From the NCBI GenBank assembly GCA_002269645.1, contig NIVC01000625.1, positions 186,001 to 250,000 on the forward strand: a stretch of 64,000 nt of DNA, read 5' to 3'. Source of the DNA: Macrostomum lignano. Its lineage: Eukaryota. The notes beneath the pieces were generated by a model, which did no database searches, was not told where the DNA came from, and saw only the letters and a list, made by a program, of their open reading frames with translations. Shown one piece after another: positions 51,326-61,197 of this stretch. The translations under genes and the position numbers were made by a program. Position 1 is the stretch's first letter. Each line of letters begins with the position of its first letter.

Positions 51326-53172
51326 TCAGCCGCTCGGGCAGTTGTCATAGTAGGACCCCTGCTGCACGTGATTCGCCTGCCTTTCAGACGATGCCAGGGC
51401 GCCGGCCTGCTGTTGCAGCAGCAGCAGCTCGACAGTAGCCGCCGCCACGGCTCGCTGGTTGGCTCCCGCTGCCGGCCCGTTGCTGTCAACGCCGCCGCCG
51501 CCGCCGCCGTCTTCCGCTGTCTGGTCGAGCCGCCGCAGCCGCCTGGCGGTCAGGTAGATGAGTTCAACCAGCTCGAAAGCGCAGGTGAGGGTGACCCGAT
51601 GGTCAGGCTGCCCAGGCCTCCCAGGCGGCTCATCAGCGCGCTGGGGGTGATCTGCAGCGCCTCCTGCTTCACCAGGGTGTTGTAGTTCATCCGGGTCACC
51701 GTGACCAGGGCCATCTTCTCGGCCAGCTCCGACTCGAACACCTTCAAAGCTTCAACCTCGGGCGCGCCGGCCACGGACTCAAGGTCGGTGAAGTTGATGA
51801 GGCGCTGCAGCTGCTCGCTGAAGTGCTGATCGAACGGGTTGTCCATCACCTGCTTGAGGGCGCTGCTGATGTGCATCATCCAGTGGATCTGCCACACCTG
51901 CGGAGTCCAGTTGGAGGAGGACAGGTGGCTCTCGTAGTGAAACGTGGTGCACGGCTTCTGGCAGGTGGAGTGCATCACGCTGGCCATCAGATTGCTGAGG
52001 TTGAGGTTCCTGACGCAGTCCAGCCTGCGGATGAAGTCAAGCGGGTTCTCGGCGCTGTAGTGGCCGCAGTAGGGCGCGGCCGGCCCCGCCGCTGGCGGGC
52101 GCACGTGGAAGGCGGAGGTGCAGTTGCACTGGCGGCGGATCAGCTGCCCAATTTGGCTGCTCAGGCAGGCGGCGAAGGTGTACTTGTACCGACTATCGTC
52201 ATCCAAAATGTCCGGCAGGCGGGCGCTGTCCGCGCACTCGCCGGCCGGATAGTCGAGCTTCTGGACCTTCACGGCCTTGTACTTGATCAGCGTGGAGGTG
52301 CGCATCTGGACGCTGAAGCCGTCTGTGTCGGCCAGCGGGTGCGTGCCGGGCTCGTGCAGCACAATGCGGAAGCCGGCGCCCTGATTGAAGATGTCGAACA
52401 CATGCTCCTTGTCGGCCGGGTCACGCGACACCCGGACGCCGCCGCCAGCCGTGGAGCTGATGTTGTGCAGCAGGTACTCGTTGAGATGCGCATTGGAGAG
52501 GATCAGCGACAGGCTGCTGACGTAGATTGACTCGGCGTCGTCCAGCTCGAGGTCGTAGCAGACCAGGTACTCGGGGTGGTGCAGGCGGGCCCCGGTGACC
52601 TTGAAGTTGCACTTCTCCTCGTGCGCCACGCTCGGGTTGGCGTTGTTGCTGTGCCGCATGACGCAGAAGGGGACGAGCTCGGCCAGCTGATGGCCCAGCT
52701 GGGTGGCCTGCGACTCGCTGATGAACTGGAAGTAGGTGGCCATCTTGTCGTTGCGGAACAGGCTGGCGGCGTCTGCGTACCGGCCCAGGCGGACCATGCG
52801 GCCCATGCCGTGGCGCAGGTCGCGGGAGAACCTGGCCGGGCTGGGCACCTCTCCGGAGCGCCACAGTGAGGCGGCCTCGGGCGAGAACGGGCTGAGCGAG
52901 CAGACGGTCAGGCTGGGGAACGGGGTCGGGTCATTGAGCACCTCCTCAATCTGGTAGGACTTGTTGTAGGTGAAGAACTCGGCGAAGAGGTTGAAGGAGC
53001 CGTAGGCGAGAATGACGGTCATGCTGGCAATGTAGAAGAGCCAGTGCAGCCGCAGGGCCGCGTACCGGCTGCCGCAGCACTTGCGGAAGCCGCGCATGCT
53101 GGTGTTGTCGATGAAGGTGGCGAGCAGGAAGCTGCAGAACGACCGCTCCCTGCGGGCTGCCTCGGGGGTCAT
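51326..53172 (-). CDS. DEG/ENaC (amiloride-sensitive, ASIC/FaNaC-like) channel subunit, intronless, with a 1-bp frameshift at about 51595-51597
   Basis: TM1 LHWLFYIASMTVILAYG, FPSLTVCS, GFRIVLHEPG, Cys-rich thumb (YTFAAC...QCNCT...CQKPC), pre-TM2 LMSRLGGLGSLTIG. Adding one G restores G-V-TLTCAFELVELIYL and gives a protein of about 615 aa ending at TGA 51328-51326. Confidence 0.9.
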
Positions 53173-53277
53173 GGCGACTGCGGCTGGCGGTTTGGCGGCC
53201 GGGAAGCCGCGAGGTTGTGCTGGGCAGCGAAGCAGAGCGGCCGGCCAGATAAAGGCTGCAGCGAGAGGCTCTCTGGC

Positions 53278-53289
53278 CCGCCCGATTGG
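53278..53289 (-). promoter_or_regulatory. CCAAT box plus GC box upstream of the DEG/ENaC ATG
   Basis: Minus strand reads ccaatcgggcgg about 110 bp upstream of gtcgccATG. Confidence 0.4.
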
Positions 53290-53324
53290 CTGCGGGGCTT
53301 TCTTTAGATGGGAGAAAATCCTCG

Positions 53325-56033
53325 TTTATGAGCGATTCTCTAGGCTGTTTATGAGCGATTCTTTAGGCTGTTCATGAGCGATTCTCTTGGCTGCTTATGA
53401 GCGATTCTCTAGGCTGTTTATAAGCGATTCTCTAGGCTGTTCATGAGCGATTCTCTAGGCTGTTTATGAGCGATTCTCTAGGCTGTTTATGAGCGATTCT
53501 CTAGGCTGTTTATAAGCGATTCTCTAGGCTGTTTATGAGCGATTCTCTAGGCTGTTTATGAGCGATTCTCTAGGCTGTTTATGAGCGATTCTCTAGGCTG
53601 TTTATGAGCGATTCTCTAGGCTGTTTATGAGCGATTATCTAGGCTGTTTATGAGCGATTCTCTAGGCTGTTTATGAGCGATTCTCTAGGCTGTTCATGAG
53701 CGATTCTCTAGGCTGTTCATGAGCGATTCACTAGGCTGTTTATGAGCGATTCTCTAGGCTGTTTATGAGCGATTCTCTAGGCTGTTTATAAGCGATTCTC
53801 TAGGCTGTTTATGAGCGATTATCTAGGCTGTTTATGAGCGATTCTCTAGGCTGTTTATGAGCGATTATCTAGGCTGTTTATGAGCGATTCACTAGGCTGT
53901 TTATGAGCGATTCTCTAGGCTGTTCATGAGCGATTCTCTAGGCTGTTTATGAGCGATTCTCTAGGCTGTTTATGACCGATTCTCTAGGCTGTTTATGAGC
54001 GATTCTCTAGGCTGTTTATGAGCGATTCTCTAGGCTGTTTATGAGCGATTCTCTAGGCTGTTTATGAGCGATTATCTAGGCTGTTTATGAGCGATTATCT
54101 AGGCTGTTTATGAGCGATTCTCTAGGCTGTTTATGACCGATTCTCTAGGCTGTTTATAAGCGATTCTCTAGGCTGTTTATGAGCGATTCACTAGGCTGTT
54201 TATGAGCGATTCTCTAGGCTGTTTATGAGCGATTCTCTAGGCTGTTTATAAGCGATTCTCTAGGCTGTTTATGAGGGATTCTCTAGGCTGTTCATGAGCG
54301 ATTATCTAGGCTGTTTATGAGCGATTCTCTAGGCTGTTTATGAGCGATTCACTAGGCTGTTTATGAGCGATTATCTAGGCTGTTTATGAGCGATTCTCTA
54401 GGCTGTTTATAAGCGATTCTCTAGGCTGTTTATGAGCGATTCTCTAGGCTGTTCATGAGCGATTATCTAGGCTGTTTATGAGCGATTCTCTAGGCTGTTT
54501 ATGAGCGATTCTCTAGGCTGTTTATGAGCGATTATCTAGGCTGTTCATGAGCGATTCTCTAGGCTGTTTATGAGCGATTCTCTAGGCTGTTTATAAGCGA
54601 TTCTCTAGGCTGTTTATGAGCGATTATCTAAGCTGTTTATGAGCGATTCTCTAGGCTGTTTATGAGCGATTATCTAGGCTGTTTATGAGCGATTCACTAG
54701 GCTGTTTATGAGCGATTCTCTAGGCTGTTCATGAGCGATTCTCTAGGCTGTTTATGACCGATTCTCTAGGCTGTTTATGAGCGATTCTCTAGGCTGTTCA
54801 TGAGCGATTCTCTAGGCTGTTTATGAGCGATTCTCTAGGCTGTTTATGAGCGATTCTCTAGGCTGTTCATGAGCGATTATCTAGGCTGTTTATGAGCGAT
54901 TCTCTAGGCTGTTCATGAGCGATTCTCTTGGCTGCTTATGAGCGATTCTCTAGGCTGTTTATAAGCGATTCTCTAGGCTGTTCATGAGCGATTCTCTAGG
55001 CTGTTTATGAGCGATTATCTAGGCTGTTTATGAGCGATTCTCTAGGCTGTTTATGAGCGATTCTCTAGGCTGTTTATAAGCGATTCTCTAGGCTGTTTAT
55101 GAGCGATTCACTAGGCTGTTTATGAGCGATTCTCTAGGCTGTTTATGAGCGATTCTCTAGGCTGTTTATAAGCGATTATCTAGGCTGTTTATGAGCGATT
55201 CTCTAGGCTGTTTATGAGCGATTATCTAGGCTGTTTATGACCGATTCTCTAGGCTGTTTATGAGCGATTATCTAGGCTGTTTATGAGCGATTCTCTAGGC
55301 TGTTTATAAGCGATTCTCTAGGCTGTTTATAAGCGATTCTCTAGGCTGTTTATGAGCGATTCTCTAGGCTGTTTATGACCGATTCTCTAGGCTGTTTATG
55401 AGCGATTATCTAGGCTGTTTATGAGCGATTCTCTAGGCTGTTTATGAGCGATTCTCTAGGCTGTTTATAAGCGATTCTCTAGGCTGTTTATGAGCGATTA
55501 TCTAGGCTGTTTATGAGCGATTTACTAGGCTGTTTATGAGCAATTCTCTAGGCTGTTCATGAGCGATTCTCTAGGCTGTTCATGAGCGATTCTCTAGGCT
55601 GTTCATGAGCAATTATCTAGGCTGTTCATGAGCGATTCTCTAGGCTGTTTATGACCGATTCTCTAGGCTGTTTATGAGCGATTCTCTAGGCTGTTCATGA
55701 GCGATTCTCTAGGCTGTTTATGAGCGATTATCTAGGCTGTTTAAGAGCGATTCTCTAGGCTGTTTATGAGCGATTCTCTAGGCTGTTTATGAGCGATTCT
55801 CTAGGCTGTTCATGAGCGATTCTCTAGGCTGTTCATGAGCGATTCTCTAGGCTGTTTATGAGCGATTCTCTAGGCTGTTCATGAGCGATTCTCTAGGCTG
55901 TTCATGAGCGATTCTCTAGGCTGTTTATGAGCGATTCTCTAGGCTGTTTATGAGCGATTCTCTAGGCTGTTTATGAGCGATTCTCTAGGCTGTTTATGAG
56001 CGATTCTCTAGGCTGTTCATGAGCGATTCTCTG
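53325..56033. repeat. 23-bp minisatellite (tttatgagcgattctctaggctg), about 118 copies
   Basis: Direct tandem units immediately upstream of the channel promoter. Confidence 0.98.
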
Positions 56034-56602
56034 ATGAGATCAATGATTTGAGGAATCAATATTTTTCTCTACACGCCTTTCGCCTCAGGCCTTAAAGTCG
56101 ATTCTAATTTTAAAAACTGATTCGATTTTTTAAAATTGATTCGAAAAAGTTTCCTTCTCATGAATAATTAATGAGATGCGGTCGCATGCCTGGCATAGTG
56201 ACCAGAATGACAGCCTGAAGGACTTTCTTGCGCACGGATTCAAGTGCACAGATTATCCTGCCAGCCAAAACGGCTCATCAAAGTACGGAATGCGGCCAGT
56301 AACCCAGATTGACCGCAGGCCTCTTCTACTAGGAGACAGCTGCAGCAGACAGGCGACAAGATCAAATGCTTCTTCTCTACCACGGAGAACAGGGGCTCTT
56401 TTGCCTCTTCTAGAAGAAAGCGGTTGCAGACAGTTTGCTAATCTGATTGTTGCTTATGGTCTCTAACAAGGGAATTAGCGCTGCATGCATATCAATAAAA
56501 ATGAGATTACTGCCTGGGTTGCTAAAGTGCAACTTAGAAATAAGACGGTCAGGAACCTAAGGGAACATCTGTCTGTGGATTATCCTACAGAGTAGATTTT
56601 GC

Positions 56603-57502
56603 CAGGGGTGTCGCCACAGGGGAGGACAGGGGGGACATGTCCCCCCCCCCAGTAAAAAGGCGCTAAGGCGCTAAGATGAGTGCCTGCGGCGCTAGGATGA
56701 GTGCCTGCGGCGCTAAAACGAGTGCCTGCGGCGCTAAGATGAGTGCCTGCGGCGCTAAGATGAGTGCCTGCGGCGCTAAAATGAGTGCCTGCGGCGCTAA
56801 GATGAGTGCCTGCGGCGCTAAAATGAGTGCCTGCGGCGCTAAGATGAGTGCCTGCGGCGCTAAAATGAGTGCCTGCGGCGCTTAGATGAGTGCCTGCGGC
56901 GCTAAAACGAGTGCCTGCGGCGCTAAGATGAGTGCCTGCGGCGCTTAGATGAGTGCCTGCGGCGCTAAGATGAGTGCCTGCGGCGCTAAAACGAGTGCCT
57001 GCGGCGCTAAGATGAGTGCCTGCGGGGCTTAGATGAGTGCCTGCGGCGCTTAGATGAGTGCCTGCGGCGCTAAAACGAGTGCCTGCGGCGCTAAGATGAG
57101 TGCCTGCAGCGCTAAGATGAGTGCCTGCGGTGCTAAGATGAGTGCCTGCGGCGCTAAGATGAGTGCCTGCGGCGCTAAGATGAGTGCCTGCAGCGCTAAG
57201 ATGAGTGCCTGCGGTGCTAAGATGAGTGCCTGCAGCGCTAAGATGAGTGCCTGCGGCGCTAAGATGAGTGCCTGCGGTGCTAAAATGAGTGCCTGCGGCG
57301 CTAAGATGAGTGCCTGCGGTGCTAAGATGAGTGCCTGCGGTGCTAAGATGAGTGCCTGCGGCGCTAAGATGAGTGCCTGCGGTGCTAAGATGAGTGCCTG
57401 CGGCGCTAAGATGAATGCTGACAACACCGGTTCTGAAAATAATGTACATGTAGAACTCTCGGCTTTGTCCCTCCCACCATAAAATCCATGGCGACGCCCC
57501 TG
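56603..57502. mobile_element. 900-bp hAT-type MITE containing an internal minisatellite
   Basis: TIRs CAGGGGTGTCGCCA and TGGCGACGCCCCTG (13/14 match). Flanking 8-mers GATTTTGC (56595-56602) and GATTTCGC (57503-57510) match 7/8, consistent with a TSD. Confidence 0.85.
56665..57417. repeat. 21-bp minisatellite (aagatgagtgcctgcggcgct), about 35 copies, inside the hAT MITE
   Basis: Direct tandem units. Confidence 0.97.
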
Positions 57503-58804
57503 GATTTCGCAATGGCCGGCTCGTGCAGTCCCGAGCTGTAGCGACTGCTTTGTAGGAAAAAATTGAACCAAAATCACTGGTTAAAAATTATTTCAAGCGG
57601 CAAATCGGTGAAAACACAATAAAACGATTGTTACGGCTCGTAGCAGCAATTGTTGCAGAAGTTCCCTGGTGCTCAAGTGCAAGGCGCGCATGAAATTGCA
57701 TTGAACAGATGACAACACATGCGGGGCGCTCCAGCCAAATTTAATGAGTTAATTACAGAAATTTCATTTGAAACCGAAAGTTTTGCAATTCGAAGAAACA
57801 AAAAAACATCGAAATTATTAAGAAATTCGGTTATTGAAGTAAAAATCTTCAATGTACTTTTGCTGCTTAAGTTCAAGGAAAAACTTCCTGACCTGAAAAA
57901 GAACTCGCAAAGTGCCCAGCTACTGTAAGTAGTGCAGCAGATTAAATTCGAATTTCAATCGATGGGATATTAAAAATCTAAAAAATGGGATGTCAACTTG
58001 ATGCGTGGGATGAGTAGGAGAAATTTGAGTGAGTTTTTATCCAGAATAGAAGCACATTAATTTCATACACACTGAGAACTGAGATTTTTAACGTTTCTAT
58101 GCTCATCTTGAGCACATTATTAGCTTATTTTTTCAATATTTCTTGCCTGTTCCAATAGTGCTACATTGACATTTACGTTCTTTTTATTTGTTATGCAGAT
58201 TCGATACCAAAGTTAAAAATTTTTGTCTAAAAATTATACAAATAATACAAACTTTAGATAGTTTTTTATTATGAAATAAATTTAATTGCTCTATTATTGC
58301 AAATATAATATAGATATACTTTTATTTAAAATAATTAGATATTAAAAATAAATGAGTTTGTTTAGAACCTTAATAAAAATATTTTAATTCATATTCACAA
58401 TAATTACAAACGAAAAAATCGATAATGATCATATAAACAAATAGTAAATTTATTATAATGTATAAACAATAAAGTTTAATGAATAATAAATATATACGCC
58501 ATAGTAACTATTATAAAATAAATGACACATATACTAACAGACAGCAGAAACCAAATAAAAATATCATGCCGTGTTGTTTAAGGAGATTTATCTTGAATAA
58601 TGCTAAAATTTTCTTGTAAAATCCCCCAATTCCCCAAAAGCTTTGCCAAAGTCAATGAGGCAACGAAACAGGCAAGTTAATTGGCCTTCAAATATTTTCT
58701 GAGAAACGAAACAAGCCGGCTTGAATTTGGGACTCTAAAGTTCATGAGACAATAAAATTAGTCTGATTAATTTATTCAACACGCGCACCTCTTTAATTCT
58801 TCTT

Positions 58805-59177
58805 TCAGTTCTGCTCGCCAGCAGCGGCGGTAGCGGCCGCCTCCTCAGCCAGGACGTCGCGCAGCCGCTTCCGCAGGATCTTCCCGCTGGCCGCCTTCGG
58901 CACCGCGTCGATGAACCGGACGCCGCCTTCCAGCCGTTTGTGCGGCGCCACGCGCTCCGCCACCCAGCGCTGAATGTCCGCCTCGCTGGCCAGGCTGCCC
59001 TCCCGCCGGACAACGAAGGCCACCGGCAGCTCTCCGGCCCGCTCGTCCGGCCGGGCCACCACGCCGGCGTCGGTCACGTCAGGGCACTCCAGCAGCAGCG
59101 CCTCCAGCTCGGCGGGGGCCACCTGCAGGCCCTTCACTTTGATCAGCTCCTTGAGGCGGTCGCTGATGAACAGGTAG
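58805..59177 (-). CDS. 4-coumarate-CoA-ligase-like / luciferase-like acyl-CoA synthetase, last exon
   Basis: ctcag acceptor, then [28 protein letters not shown]...[14 protein letters not shown]...[20 protein letters not shown]. Confidence 0.93.
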
Positions 59178-59588
59178 CTGAGGTGCGCAGCATTGTTTTC
59201 GATGCTTATTTTTAACACGATCAAGATGGGACAATAAAAAACTTTGCGCACATTTGAATGGCAAACACAGACAGGTGCCAGGTGAGCAAAACAATAAAAA
59301 ACGGTTCAAAAATGCTCAGTAAAGCTTATTTTTGAAAAAATTGTCGATTAAATAAATGTTCCTTATAGTCTACTTTTCTTGTGCAGGTTTAAGTAGGCGG
59401 GCGAGCTGCGAATTTTAATGCTAACATTTATTCTTAAAGCAAAAAATCGAAGTTTTGTCGAGTGATTGGGATATTATAATTTCATCTCAGCGTTTAAAAG
59501 ATCCCCTACTGAAGAGTAGTAAGTGAATAATGTGACGCGAATCCTCTTTTATTGTGTGTGCAAAAAATTAAGTGTCGTATCTTTCCTC

Positions 59589-59873
59589 TTTTTATTCACG
59601 GTCCTTGAATAGCACCTGGACTAGAAGGACATAATCATTTTTATTCACGGTCCTTGAATAGCACCTGGACTGGAAGGACATAATCATTTTTATTCACGGT
59701 CCTTGAATAGCACCTGGACTGGAAGGACATAATCATTTTTATTCACGGTCCTTGAATAGCACCTGGACTGGAAGGACATAATCATTTTTATTCACGGTCC
59801 TTGAATAGCACCTGGACTGGAAGGACATAATCATTTTTATTCACGGTCCTTGAATAGCACCTGGACTGGAAAG
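59589..59873. repeat. 49-bp minisatellite in the 4CL-like intron, about 5.8 copies
   Basis: Unit tttttattcacggtccttgaatagcacctggactggaaggacataatca. Confidence 0.95.
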
Positions 59874-59944
59874 ACATGGTCAAAAGACTGCATTGTCTCT
59901 TTAAAAAAAGTCTGCCCGAAGAAGTCCTTGGCTAGAGCACTCAC

Positions 59945-60249
59945 CCGTCCTCATCGATGTGGCCCACGTCTCCGGTGGCGAACCAGCCGTCGGCATCGAT
60001 GCTCTCCCTGGTGGCCTGCGGATTCTCAAAGTAGCCCCGCATGAGATTGACTCCCCGAACAAACAGCTGGCCAGACTGGTTGGGCCCCAGGTCGGCGCCG
60101 GTCTGCGTGTCGGCAACCCGCATTTCCACGCTGGGCACCAGCATGCCGGCGGAGCCGCGCTTCGCCTTGCGCAGCGGCGACCACGGCGGCGGCGTCACCG
60201 TACCGATGGGGGAGATCTCCGTCATGCCCCAGCCCTGCGCCAGGTCCGT
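59945..60249 (-). CDS. 4CL/luciferase-like acyl-CoA synthetase, penultimate exon; upstream exons are not in the window
   Basis: ccgcag acceptor, then TDLAQGWGMTE...GQLFVRGVNLMRGYFENPQAT...GWFATGDVGHIDED GG, then gtgagt. The phase-2 junction is in frame with the last exon. Confidence 0.93.
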
Positions 60250-60256
60250 CTGCGGG

Positions 60257-61190
60257 TGTTTGTACAGTAGCCTGTGTTTGTACAGCAGCCTGTGTTTGTA
60301 CAGTAGCTAGTCTGTGTTTGTACAGCAGCCTGTGTTTGTACAGTAGCCAGTGTTTGTACAGTAGCCAGTGTTTGTACAGCAGCCTGTGTTTGTACAGCAG
60401 CCTGTGTTTGTACAGTAGCTAGTCTGTGTTTGTACAGCAGCCTGTGTTTGTACAGCAGCCTGTGTTTGTACAGTAGCCTGTGTTTGTACAGTAGCTAGTC
60501 TGTGTTTGTACAGCAGCCTGTGTTTGTACAGTAGCCTGTGTTTGTACAGTAGCCTGTGTTTGTACAGTAGCCTGTGTTTGTACAGCAGCCTGTGTTTGTA
60601 CAGTAGCTAGTCTGTGTTTGTACAGTAGCTAGTCTGTGTTTGTACAGCAGCCTGTGTTTGTACAGTAGTCTGTGTTTGTATATCAATAGTAGCCTGTGTT
60701 TGTACAGTAGCTAGTCTGTGTTTGTACAGCAGCCTGTGTTTGTAAGCAGCCTGTGTTTGTACAGTAGCCTGTGTTTGTACAGTAGCCTGTGTTTGTACAG
60801 TAGCCTGTGTTTGTACAGTAGCCTGCGTTTGTACAGTAGCCTGTGTTTGTACAGTAGCCTGTGTTTGTACAGTAGTCTGTGTTTGTACAGTAGCTAGTCT
60901 GTGTTTGTACAGCAGCCTGTGTTTGTACAGTAGTCTGTGTTTGTATATCAATAGTAGCCTGTGTTTGTACAGTAGCTAGTCTGTGTTTGTACAGTAGCCT
61001 GTGTTTGTACAGTAGTCTGTGTTTGTACAGTAGCCTGTGTTTGTACAGTAGTCTGTGTTTGTACAGTAGCCAGTGTTTGTACAGTAGCCAGTGTTTGTGC
61101 AGTAGCCTGTGTTTGTACAGTAGCCAGTGTTTGTACAGTAGCCTGTGCTTGTACAGTAGCTGTTTGTAGCTGTTTGTACATACAGTAGCC
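60257..61190. repeat. 18-bp minisatellite (gcctgtgtttgtacagta) with 22-bp variants in the 4CL-like intron
   Basis: Abuts the acceptor at 60250. Confidence 0.96.
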
Positions 61191-61197
61191 CACAGAA

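Noticed and set aside
58805-58830. Peroxisomal targeting or true luciferase status of the 4CL-like gene
   Set aside because: The C-terminus is GEQN (no SKL-type PTS1), and only two exons are visible. Luciferase-like acyl-CoA synthetases are widespread in non-luminous animals.
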